In this document: positions 24,762-37,000 of the stretch, piece after piece | Position numbering within the stretch: position 1 is the stretch's first letter | Layout of the letters: each line of letters opens with the position of its first letter | NCBI GenBank assembly: GCA_001179505.1 | Contig: CDMY01000414.1 | Span: 1 to 64,000, forward strand | Origin: Vitrella brassicaformis CCMP3155 | Taxonomy: Eukaryota > Protista > Chromerida | Direction: 5' to 3' | DNA length: 64,000 nucleotides | Notes under the pieces: model-generated | Database searches by the model: none | What the model was told of the DNA's origin: nothing | What the model saw: the letters and a program-made list of their open reading frames with translations, nothing else | Program-made: the position numbers and the translations under genes

Positions 24762-27700
24762 CTACCTACCTATCGTCCTGCGTCGTCCTCTCCCGCCGCG
24801 ACCTCTTAATGCCTCTGAAGGAGTCAGCCACTGGCTGTCATCTGGCGGTGGGGATGGAGGTGGGGGTGGAGGTGGGGACGAGGGAGGGGATGGTGCGCTG
24901 TTGCTGTGGTTGGCCCGGTTGGTCAGCTGCAGCTCCAGTCTGGCGGGGCCGTCCTGGTGGATGGACAGCCGCGGCTCCGCTGCACAGATCTGCTCCAGCT
25001 CACGGCGACGGAAACACCCATTCAGGTCTGAGAGGACACACGACGGGCACAGCATCCATCCATCGAACACGGGCAACGAACGGCCTTTTATGCATGCGCA
25101 CGTGAGATGGGCAGGTTGCCGGACTGGGTGGGCACCAGGAGGCCTCTGACGGCGCATGCGTCTTTGATGAAGGGCTGCATGTGCTGCGAATGGACGAGCC
25201 GACGCAGGACCCTCTCGTCGCCGTTGAGCTGATGGATCGGCACGCGCCCTGCAGCGCAGCGCAGCGCACGCACAGACACATATGTGGTGGTCTGTGGTGT
25301 GGGTGGTGTTGTTCGGTGTGTGGTCGTCTTGTACCCATGCCGGATCTGATGAGACCGTCCGCCAGCTCCATGCCCATACGCCTCGCCGCACCCGCCACGA
25401 CACCCACGCCGCCGTCATGACCACCAGGGCCCACACCGTTGGGCTGCATGCTGGGGCCGCCTTGGGCCATCCCTCCCCCTCCCCCTCCCCTACCACCTCC
25501 CCCGCCACCTCGGCCACGATCGGACGGGCCGGAAGGAGCAGTTTTCCGGCCGCCCCTGCTGCCCCCTCCTCTCCGGCCGCTGTCTGGCTGCTCCAGGCCG
25601 AGGAGCTCCAAGATGGCCCGCCGGTCGTTCTTCTTGTCAAAGGGCTTGAATATGAGCTGCAGGTCAGGGACGGACCGCACCGTTGCGAAGAGGGCGTATG
25701 CGCGGCGGAACTCCAGCGACAGCCGCTCGTGAGCCGAGAAACGACTGGCGCCTGACAAATAGACAAATAGATAGCCACGCACACACAGATGTCTGCCAGA
25801 CATCCGGTTGTGTTGTGTTGTGTTTGTGTGGGCGTACTTACTGAGTACGCGATCCTTGTCGAATGGATCCTCAATGGCCAGGCCGAGCGACACTGAGAGC
25901 CCCTCGATGTTGCGCTCCGCCACGACCTGCTCCAGCTCTTGCTCCTCAGCACCCTCACCCTCACCCTCGCCATCACCATCACCGCCGCCATCACCACCAC
26001 CCTCACCCTCCACTGGCCACCCCTGCTCCTGCGTGTAAAGGTAAGGGCCATTCTCGTCACTGTCGTGCTGGTACGCGTCTGCGTCAGCTGCCGCTGGTGG
26101 GTCGGGGTCTGGTGCGAGGTGTGCTGCTGTGGGCGGCTGCTGCTGCTGCTTCTGGTAGGAGGTGAAGTACTTGGTCTTGCGTATCTTCTCGGGGTAGCGC
26201 TTGATGGAGATCAGATTGTGGAATAGCGGATACTCGTAGCTGACCACACCACCACACCACACCACACCACACACAGGAACGATAGAGAGCATGCACACGC
26301 ACCACGGCCCGCCCCTCTCCCCTCCCTCTCCCCTCCGCCCCTCAATTCTTCTGTCTGACCTGTAGAAGCGGACGAACTTGTATAAGAGCAGCAGCAGGGA
26401 ATCGTCGTTGGCGGCCTTCATCCCAAAGGCCTCCCGCCAGGCGTTGCCCCGCGGCTCCAGGATGCTCCGCTTCAGCTGACGCAGAGGCCTTACGGGATCG
26501 CTGAGGGCCGTGGGCGTGCCGTCGTGGTTGAAGTCCCGCGGCGAGCGGTCGTCGTTGAGGAGTGGTTGTGTGTTGGGTCCGTCGGTGGGGTGGACGAAGA
26601 ATACGTCGTGGGTGTCCTGGTCCACCATGGTCTGGGGGAGGGGGTGGGCGTGGACTGACGGGGGCGGGCACTGCAGATTGGGCAGAATGCCTACAGACAT
26701 GTGCCAGCAGAAAGAAAGAACCACACAGCAGACAGGGAGGGACGGAGGGAGGGAGGGAGGGAGGGAGGGGGTCGTGTGTGCATCTGTCTGTCGTCGTTGT
26801 CTTGTGCAGTGGCAGTGGCTGGCTGGTCCTGTTTACCGAGGTGTTGGAGGAAGAATATGGTCAGGAGTACCCATGAGTACGACGACAAGGTGCCCGTGCG
26901 GGGGTCGGCGATGCCGCGCGCCTTGGCCCACAGCTTCACGGCCAACCCTGCCACACACCACACACACGCACACACGCCCACAGACAAGAACACAAGAACA
27001 CAAAGCCAACAATCAGCCCAGCCCGGCTTGGACGTCCTCTTTTCTCTCTCTCCGTGTGCCCCACCCAATGCTGCAGCGCGAGGGTCCAGCTCTGCGTACG
27101 CCCTGAGAGGGGGAGGGAGGAACCATACACACACACACACAGACATCACACGATGCCTGCCTCCCTCCCTCCCTCCGTCCGTCCCCAGGAACCAACCGTA
27201 GTAGTCGGCTGTTGTGGATGTGGGCCCGACGGAGATGTCCACCTTGACCTCCCGACCACCAGCCTCACCGCCATTGCCACTGCCACCGCCATTGCCATTG
27301 GCGTCGGGCTGCTTGAGTGTGCAGGTGAGGATGGGCACCCGGGCGGTCTCGATGGCCTGCACCGTGAAGCCCACCTCCCGCAGCGGCTGCATCAGCTCAC
27401 GTATCGCTATGATGGCCGACTCCTTGTCGACAGCTGTCGACAGAGGCACCAACACGTCCAAATCTGCAGACACACAGACATGGATAGATTAGCCAACGCA
27501 ACGCATATATCGGTGGGTGCAGGTGTGTGGTGTGGTTGCGTCACCCCACCTACCTGACACGGACAGCGCGAAGCCGCTCACAGCGCTGCCAAAGAGGAGC
27601 CCCGGCACGCCGTACTTCGCCTTCAACACACCGGACACTGCACACACACACACACACACACACACGCATTCACGGCCGCCTCAGCAACAGACACACAGAC

Positions 27701-28619
27701 GAACAATGCCACCACAAGCCACCACCGGCCGTGCTGTGTAGCCTACCCTTTTCGTACGCCATGACGAGTAGGTCTACTCGCTCTGGTGTGGGAACGGCTT
27801 GCTGCACCAGCGACCAGAGCCAGCCGTTGGGGTGGGTGGGGGGCGGGGGCGACGGGTTCGACATGAACAGCGATGCGGGCGGGGTGGGCAGGGCCAGCAC
27901 TCTATCCTCCACGAGGAAGTAGGTCGCCTGATGCAGACACACAGAATGGCTTTGTTTGCGTGTGTTTTGGGGTGGGTGTGGCACCTGACCTGGTCGTGTC
28001 TGCAGCGGTGCATATAGGCGGTGCGTTTCTTCTTGACGAGCTGGTCGATGGCATCCGCCAGCGCAAGCCTCTCCTCGCCGCTCTCTCTCTTCCACAGGCC
28101 CTCATGCACCAGCAGCACATCTACCAACCTAAACACACACACGCACACGCACACACACACACACACACACATGGAGCAGTGGGTATATAGGTCTGCCTGC
28201 GAGCGTACCGCGCCACTTCGCTGCGTTTGTCCTACGTCATCCATGGCTGCGCCACCTCTCGCGGCAGCCGTGCGATGAGCGCCAGCACCTTCGTCAGCGA
28301 CTCTCGCACAAGCTGCACGGAAAGGCCCTTCCCTCACACATGTGTGTCTGCGGCCGTCCCTCACCGTTGCGCCGAATCCTTCATCGTCATGAAAGCACTG
28401 AAACCGCCGTCCAGCCACCAGCCGCAGCACGAAGCTCATCGCGTGGATGCCGTCAGGCGCCCTCTCCAGGTCTCGCAGGCCCTTGCGAAACGCTCGGATG
28501 GCGTCCTGCTGTCGGTCCTGCGAGTGGAGGCTGGGGTACATCTGGATGTCCGCCAGAACGGCCAGTGTCTGCGGGCTGCATTTGGTCAGAGGATCCACAG
28601 ACTGCTGCGACTTCGCCAT
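24762..28619 (-). CDS. Cid1/TUTase-like non-canonical poly(A)/(U) polymerase (Pol-beta nucleotidyltransferase plus PAP-associated domain); may extend further 3' to about 24.1 kb
   Basis: LLFGSAVSGFALSVS|DLDVLVP (GS...DxD), ARVPILT, VKVDISV (third Asp), LAVKLWAKARGIADPRTGTLSSYSWVLLTIFFLQH, ILPNLQ, LLYKFVRFY and LAIEDPFD. Confidence 0.88.
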
Positions 28620-28776
28620 GGCACACACACACTCTCAGCAGGGCCGACGACGGAACTCTTTCGTCGCCGCGTCCTCTGCTATGATTGTCGAACCCCTCGC
28701 AAATGCGAGCTCAGTTGTGCCTGAGCGAGAGCTGCAGCGGTGCCTGGTGTAGATCCAGGTGTTTCGGCGTCGAAGA
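28620..28776. promoter_or_regulatory. 157-bp divergent intergenic region (putative bidirectional promoter)
   Basis: Lies between the ATGs at 28619 (-) and 28777 (+). Confidence 0.45.
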
Positions 28777-30639
28777 ATGGTGGAGCGGTTCCCTTGGAGT
28801 GACAAGGGCCTGCTGCCCGTCCTCCTCGCAGCCATCCTATCATCCGTCAGCAGTCTGACGTGGTCTGTCAATGGAGTGTCGTCCCCATCCTTGAGTGCGC
28901 CATCGCCCATGGCCTTTCTGAGCGGCGCTTCCCCTGCTGCTGGCGGCCGGCCATTTCGGAGGCGAAGGGTGAGCCTCACACGCAACGCAACGCAACGCAA
29001 GGAGGCCACTGATGTGTGTGTGTTTGTTTGTTTGTTTGTTTCCGTGTGTGTGTTGTGCCAGCGTGTGATTGTGATGGCGAGGGACAGCCGCAGCGCCCAG
29101 AGCAGGATGATCAGGCGGCGCAAGAAGGGCATCAGACGGCTGGATGAGCAGCCCCCGGCGGACACCGCACAGCCAGAAAGGAACCAAGGTATCCAGCAAC
29201 AGTCTCCCCCAGAAGCAGCATCGCCACCGACAGCTCCCCCACCCCGTGCACCGCCCGCCGCTGCTCCTCCCTCCCCCTCACCCTCTCCCCGTCTGCCGAC
29301 CACCCTCACCCCAGAGGAGCAGGAACTCATGGCCGACACATCCACCACACAGACAGCCGATGGCTCCCAGAAGCTCAAGATCTCCAGCACCCTCAAGAAG
29401 TACGGCCAGCAGCCGACTCCCGACGTGGCGGGCGCCTCGTTCGACGAGATTTTTGCGCCGATATCTGCCAAGGGTCTTGGGCGTGAGAGTTTGTTCACCA
29501 CTGACGACACGCAGATCCCTGAGCTGGAGGAGGTCTTTGAGGAGGCCGCCAGGCGGAAGCTGCAGCAGGAGAAGCGCGCCGATATCAACGCTGCAAAGGC
29601 GGTGGGTGCACTTGTTTCTCTCTGTGTGTGTGTGTGTGTCATGGGTGTCATGATGATGTGGTGTGTCAGAGGGAGAAGATTCGCCGTTCTGACACTGAGC
29701 GCATCCGCGAGGAGCTGTTGTACGACCCCTTCGCCGACACGCAGTTCGAGCGGTTCGTGGAGGACCGCAAACCGGTCGACGCTGTCGGCGCCGTATTCGG
29801 CGAGGGCCTGGCGCCCGCACAGCCATTCCTGGGCTTCATCCCCACGTCATTCTTGCAGACAGGTCGGTAATGGTGGGGTGGGGGGGTGTTCAGGTGTCTG
29901 TGCGTCTGTGTGTGTGGATGGATGGATGGATGTGTGTGTGTGCAGGTCATTTGGTGCTGCTCTTTGTTGTCGCGTTGTGTGGATTGGTGGAGGACCCCGG
30001 CAACCCCCTGACCAATCTGCCGCTGCCCATCAGGAACTTCTTCGTCACTGTGAGTGACGACACTGTCGCCACACATGACACACACACACACACACACACA
30101 CATCCGCCCTCCAGCCATCGACATGTCTTACCATGTGTGTCTTTCAGGGTTTGGGTCTTGTGTTTGCGGTGAATGTGGTGCTGTCGGCGCTGTCAATCTC
30201 CCCCGCCATAGCGCGGAAGCAGCCGTGGTACTTCTGGGCCTTCAAGACACTCCTGCTTGGCGGACTGGCGTACGATGAACTCATGCAGGTCGGCAGACAG
30301 ACCAGGCACATGACATCGATGAGACGGACGGCACTTACACGCCATCCATTTGTGTGTGGGCGTGGGTGTGTGTGGTGTCAGATCCCGCCCTTTGACGAAG
30401 ACCCATCGAAGCGGCCTCCCCCGCAGCCATCTAACCGCTTCACGGAGGCATCCAGGGCCAGAGCGGCCGACAGGGGCGACGTACAGGCCGTTGCAATGGC
30501 GCCACCGCCCACATCTGCCGGCCCCCCTGCTGGTGCTGGTGCTGGTGCAGGGAGGGCGGGTGTGGGCAGGGGCAGCGGGAAGGCCACCACTACGATCCGC
30601 AGGAGGCGGAGGAAGGTGCCCTCGAATAAGGGGACATAG
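28777..30639 (+). CDS. Probable plastid-targeted membrane protein of unknown function; about 6 exons
   Basis: Signal peptide (LLPVLLAAILSSVSSLTW) followed by PMAFLSG and an R-rich transit-like stretch. C-terminal hydrophobic segments GHLVLLFVVALCGLVE, GLGLVFAVNVVLSALS and QPWYFWAFKTLLLGGLAYDEL. Confidence 0.7.
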
Positions 30640-31128
30640 CCTAGCCATGGGCATGGGCGGCGTGGAACTAAGGGAATTTTGCGACCGAGTTTGATTGATA
30701 TGTTGGGCGGCTCACTCACTCAGTGGCTGGCAAGTGTGGCTGTGAGTGCTGGATGGAGTAGGGGTGTTTCTCGGACGTGAGGAGGAAGGACCATGACTGA
30801 GAGTGGTGTGTGTGGGGGGGGTTGTGTGGCTGAATCAAGTCACAAGATGTGTGGATGGATCCGTTGGCAACAGGTGCACTGACGCTCATAGACACACACA
30901 TAAATGAGGAAGGCAATCCGACACATGCAGCGAATGTCTGACACATCTACACACACAAACAGACAACCCTCCCTCCCAGTACGCACCAGTTGCGCGTAGC
31001 GTCAAGTATGCAACCAGACACGCGAAAAGGCAGACAGACAAGACATGCAGACAGGCAGGCACTCCAGAGTGAATTGCGAGTCTCCTCGACACACGACAAG
31101 CCCACCCCCCTGCAGCAGCAGCCGTCGT

Positions 31129-33667
31129 TCATTCTTCTTCCCTCTTTGTCTTCTTCAGCTCGTTCGCCATCTTCTTGATCTGTTTGCATATCGACCCGGC
31201 AATATGGACACTGTAGTTATATTCACAGTCGCCCTGCAGGCACCAGACAAGAAAGACATGGACAGACAATGGCAGGCAGAGCCACCGACCTGTAGTCAGT
31301 CGGTGTCTGTCTCCACTACTTGACTTACTGCCGACAAGATGCCGCGGACGATGTTGCCTGCGACGTGACACGAGCCGCTCTGCCCGGGGTAGGCGTCACA
31401 TTTGGTGGCGGGGTAGAGGTTCTTGCAGCCCTTCTTGAGGGAGCACTTCTCGGGTTTCGCACTCGCACTTATGGGTGGGTAATTGCCAAGACAAAGAGAC
31501 ACACACACACAGAGAGAGAGAGAGACATACGCAGAACACCCGACACGTGTGTGTGTGTTGCCGGCCCTTACAGGTGTGTCCACATTGACGGCCAGTTCTT
31601 GCACTGAACGAGCAAGGGAGGGAGGGATATATGTGTGTGTGTGCGCGTGTTGGTGTGTGTGGTGCGCACGTCGCCTGGGTATCCACACAAGTCTGTCTTC
31701 CACACACTGCTCGCACACGGTGACAGACAGACAGACAAGCCAGACAGACACACAGCACACACAGACACGTGTGTTAGGAAGCAGCACAAGACGCCACACG
31801 ATGTGCCTTACCTACCCCTTTCCACAGCCTTGGCTGCATTTTTTGGGCAGGTTAAAGTGTCCCAAGTGCTTCCCGACGGCCTGGCACTTCTTGCACCTGG
31901 GTCTCAGCTCCAGTGCACAAAAGTCGTTCTTCTGCAACCAACCAAGGCAAGGCAAGGCACCGTTCGTGTCGTGTGTGTGTATGTCGCTGTGTCTGTGTGC
32001 ATCTGAGTAATTGTGACTCCTCCCTCCCTCCCTCTCTCCCTCGCCGCCCTCCTCACCCCAATGGAGGGGTCCCTGAAGTAGTCATTGTTCACTGCCAACG
32101 ATATGACCCGTGCCTTCCCGTAACCTTTGCTCCCCTGAACTCCAAGAGACAGACAGACAAGACAGACAGACAGACAGGGAGGGAGGGAGGGAGCGGTGCA
32201 ATTGTCCGTCCGCCCAGCGAGCCATAGAGCTGCGTACGTACGTAGAATTTGTCTCGTCCCGGCTGGCAGTAGCGCGCATCCTGCCAGCCGACGTAAGACT
32301 TGCAGCAGTGGCCCGCCGTCAGGGCCACCTTGTCGCTGATGAGCTGCGCCGTGCACCCCACGTTGCCCACAAAGGCGGTGTACTTGAAGGGCTTCTTGCG
32401 CAGCTGCCACTTGGACACCTTCTTGCGGCTCTCCTTGTCGCAACAGAACCGACAGTGTTGCGCCTTCTCGCCCTGCTCGTCACTTTCAACATCACCGCCA
32501 GCGCCTCCTGTCATGTCGGGCATCAGGGCGCTCTTCTTGTCCCGCACACACACACGCTGCGCGCTTGGCTGCTTCTCGACCAGGCCATTCTCCTCCTCTG
32601 TCTCGGCCATGTCCTCTTCTTCAAGGCCTCCGTCACCCGCCACCACGTCGATATCGATGTCATCGATGTCATTGGTGTCATCGACGTCATCGATGTCATC
32701 AAGATCTTCTTCCTCCGTCTCGGTGTCCAGCCCGTGGGTCTCCAAGTAAACGTCCAATTGGTCCATGTCCAGGGCCTCGCGTGACACATAGGTGTCCCCT
32801 GTCCACGGATTGGCCCGCACCCAGCGGAACCGAACGGGCTTCTTCTGCTTGGCCTTGATCTCATCACGCTCTCGCTTCATCGCGATGAGCGTCTCGTTGG
32901 CCCAGGGAAGAGGCATCGGCCGCAACAGGTCCTCCTCCTCGCTACCACTGCTGCTGTCGATGTCGGAAGGAGCGTCCTTCTGCCGCGATTTTCCATGCTT
33001 GATTACCTCCATTCGGCCAATGAAGACGAAACCGTCGTCTCTGTACCGATTCACCACACCGGCGACAGAGCCGTCGAAGTCCTCTTCGTCCGTGATGGGG
33101 TCGCCATCGTCACCAGCGGTGTTGTCCTTGAAGCTGGCGGGCGAATCCAGCTTCTCCTCCGCCCTCACCGTTACAACGCCATCTTCATCATCGTCACTCT
33201 CACAGGATCCCACCCCGTGGATCTGGCTGCCTTGGCAGAGGCAAAGGCACGCACTCGCATATGTGATGCCGTCCTCGCCGCACACGGGGCTCTCGTCGGT
33301 GGCCACCTTCACGGGGTCATCTTCCTCTGACTCTGCTGCTAAGGTTTCCTCCTGTCCCTCTTCGGCCGTGTCTGCGAGGCTGCGTGTGTAAGCTGCCTGG
33401 GCCACCGTGTTTTCCTCCTGTTGAAGGTCGGGTAAGGAGGTGAAGCTCTGGCAATCACACAGCTGGCTGGCCTTGGGCGGAGGCCCCTTGACCCTCCATC
33501 TCTGCAGCATAGCACAGCGGGAGCAGACAATCACAACATTCATGCGGCCGGGGATTTCTCGTACATACCCTGCTGGTTATTGGGAAAGGGGCAGCGGCGG
33601 CGATGCAGCATTTGAGCAGAACAAATGCTGCGAGATGACGGTCCCTCAGCACGGGAAAAGGCACCAT
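31129..33667 (-). CDS. Secreted trypsin-fold (S1) serine protease with an N-terminal Kazal domain and acidic pro-region
   Basis: Signal MVPFPVLRDRHLAAFVLLKCCIAAAA in exon 1, joined by a GT-AG intron to RWRVKG. Kazal SPVCGEDGITYASACLCLCQG...GSC. Catalytic triad motifs LTAGHC, KNDFCALEL and DAYPGQSGS, plus GYPGD. The exons join in frame to GDCEYNYSV...KREEE*. Confidence 0.85.
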
Positions 33668-34026
33668 CTGCGGGCGGACGAAAAAATACGAAGGCCGGAC
33701 CACTATTTCTGTCTGGGAAAGAAATAGGCTCACGTGCATCGGCTGCACGTCGGGTGTGCGTTGTGTGTGTTGTGTGTGTTGCTGTCGTGTGTGGGGCAGA
33801 GTCAGCCGGCCGAGTTCCTGTCCGGCCGTTAGGGTAATATCCAAAAGACAGGCGGACCGGCCAGCGCAGCAAGCCCTTCAAGGATAAAGGTGGGCATCAC
33901 CAGGCGGCTCTGACGAGAGGAAGAGCCACTGAGTTCTCCCTGCCTGCGAATTGCTTTCCTCCGCAGGTTGCCCACGCAGGGCGAGCAAGAAGGAGGTGGC
34001 CAAACAGAGGTGCCCCGCAATCAGAT

Positions 34027-37000
34027 ATGGCGTCAACGAAGGTCTCAGTGACGACTGGAATGGCCACGAAGCGACCAGCCGAACAACGCCCTCTCTACGC
34101 ACCCGAGGAAACGTGGCGCCGCGATTGTCTGTCCAGGGCAGGCTCCAAGTACCATGTCGTCAAGGGGGGCTCTGCCCTCTGCTCGCGGCTCTACTACACA
34201 CTGACCTACTGGTGCTTCTGCTTCGTGAGGCCGCTACTCGACGAGGTGCGCACAAGGCCACTGACGGCCGACGTGCTGCCCCCTCCGCCCAAGGAGATGA
34301 AGTGCCACAGAAATGCTCGCGACCTCAGGGAGAGCAGGAGCAGGGACCAGGGGCTCATGAGCACCCTGCTGGTCCTGAGGAGGTGGCCTTTGGTCAACCT
34401 GACCCTCTGGGCGGCGCTGCACCGGGCGTGTCTGACCTCCTTGCCCTTCCTGCTGTCGCTGAGTCTACAGAACGACGACCCGACGGACGCCATGTCGATG
34501 GGCGGAGTGGGGCAGGGCTGTCTGCTCTTCCTCGCCATGTCGCTGCTCGCCACCTTCAGCAACGGCGTCTACCTCCACCTGGGACACAGAGAGGCTCTGC
34601 GCGCCAAGGGGGCGCTGGCAGGGATGGTTTTCGATGAGGCACTGAGGCAGCCGCTGAGCTACACCAAGACGCCTGACAGCGACAAGCTTAAGGACGAGGG
34701 CACCCTGGACGTGCTCAACTTGATCAGCTCCGACTGCGAGAAGGTCGGCATGGCGCTCTTCCAGCTGCCGACGATCGGCCTAGTGCCGCTGCAGATGGGC
34801 GTGCTGATAGTGGCGCTGGCGTACCAGATCGGCTGGGGCGTCGTGGGTGGGCTGGGGGTGCTGGTCCTGCTCTTTGTGGCGATTGGGACGGTGCTGACGG
34901 TGGGCATCAAGGTGTCCAAGAGGGGCCAGCGGTTCGCCGATGAGCGGCTGAGGAGGATGGAGGAGATCTTGCAGAACATACTGGCCATCAAAATACACGG
35001 TAGGGTAGGTAGGAAGGGGTGCGTGTGTGTGAGTGTGAGTGTGCGTGCGCTGGTGTGCTGCAGCTTGGGAAGGAGGCTTCGTCAAGCTGCTCGACCAGCT
35101 CAGGTGCCTGCCAGACGAATCATGTCGTCCGTGCGCTATCCTGTCCTGCCACACACCTTGTGCGTCTTGTGTGGCTGCGTGGTTGTGTGCGGCCCAGAGA
35201 GAAGGAGATATGGTGTCTGGTGTACGCCCGTGTGCTGTATTCCATTCTCCTGTGGTCCTTCACCATGACCCCGCCACTCGTCACTCTCGCCGCAACGGGT
35301 AAATCAATCACTGTAGTACGAAGAGACACAAGACATCAGCACCAGCACACCAACCATACCATCTGTGTGTGTGTGGGTGTGTGTGCCTGCAGGTATGTAT
35401 GTCTTGACGGGCCGCGATCTGACCATCGTGCGGGCGATGAGCGCTCTGGCGCTCTTCAAGGCCCTCCAGCTGCCCCTGCTCAACCTGCCCGAAGCCATCC
35501 AAGCCCTCAGTGAGCCCACTCACACACCACTCACAAAGGACAGAAAGCAGCCCGGGCTGCTGTCTCGGTGTCTCAGGCACCGGCATTGCTGCTTGCAAGC
35601 GCATCGAGGCCTACAGCCGCCAGGCCGCACCCGCAAGGGCACTCCCCTCCCGCCCATCCCAATCAGACAGCCCTGCCCCCCAGCAGCAGCAGCAGCAGCA
35701 GGCGGCCCCCAAGGACACACCCATCGTGTGCATCGACAACGTCTCATTCACACGATCATCCACCAGCCTCTCGTCAATGCCCAGCTTCTCGACAAGAGCC
35801 GGCACCGAGAGGGGGGATTACACAGCGGCCAATGTTGCTGCTGCTGCTGCTGCTGCTGCTCCTGACGTGTGTCTGTGGGATGTGGGTGTGCACGTGGGCA
35901 GAGGCGCGCTGGTGGGGGTGGTGGGGCCGGTGGGCAGCGGCAAGTCCACCCTGCTGCAGGCCATGCTCGACGAGCTGACCCCGATGGGCGAGCAGACGTC
36001 GCCACCCATCCTCGCCCCGCACACGGCGTACCTGCCCCAGCCGCCATGGCTGCAGTCGGCCTCTCTGCAGACCAACATCCTGTGCGGCCGCCCTTTGCAG
36101 ACGGCCTTCTACGAGAGCGTGCTTGACGCGTGCTGCCTGGTGCCGGATTTGGAGAGGCTGCCTGACGGCGATCAGACTCGTGTGGGGCGGAAAGGGGTGA
36201 CACTGAGTGGGGGCCAGCAGCAGAGGGTGGCGCTGGCGCAGGCCGTGTATTCCAAGGCGGAGGTGGTGCTCATGGACGACCCTTTCTCTGCGCTCGGTCC
36301 GGACAGCAAGCAACGACCACACACAGGGAGGATGTGTGTGTCTGTCTCCCTCTGTGTGTCTCTCACTGTGTGTGGACCGTCAGATTTGGACGTGGCAAGG
36401 GCGATATGGTCTCGCTGTGTGAAGGGTCTGTTGAGCGACCGGACGCGCATCTTCGTGACGCAGCAGCTGTGGATGCTCAACCAGTGCGACCACGTCATCG
36501 TCATGGACCAGGGGCGCATTGTCTCACAGGGGCCCTACACACAGGTCGCCACCAGCACAGTCTTCCAGGCACTGCTCGGCGCATCCTCCTCCTCCTCCAC
36601 CAGCCCGCCGCTGCCCATCACCGACCCCTCTATGGCCGCCCCCACGCACACAGCGTCAGCACTCTCCCTCCCCTTCACCGACCAGCCCGCCACACCGACT
36701 GCTCTCTCTACTTCCAGCCTGCGCCAGCGCGCAGCCGCCACCCCCACCCCGCAGCACGGCAGTACGGAAGAGCCGTCCCTCCGCATATCGGTGAGAACTG
36801 ACGACCAAGATCGGGACGACGAGACAGACACGAGCACGGCCGGGGGCGATGGCGATGACGGCGACAATGAGAGAGAGAGGGAGAGGGACTATGACCTGTG
36901 TGGGGTGGAGAGGGGCGACGAGGGGAAGGAGGCGCGTGTGGTGGAGAGCTATGTGCCGCATCTGCGGGTGATGGGCGGGTTTGGGGTGTGGGGCAGCGTC

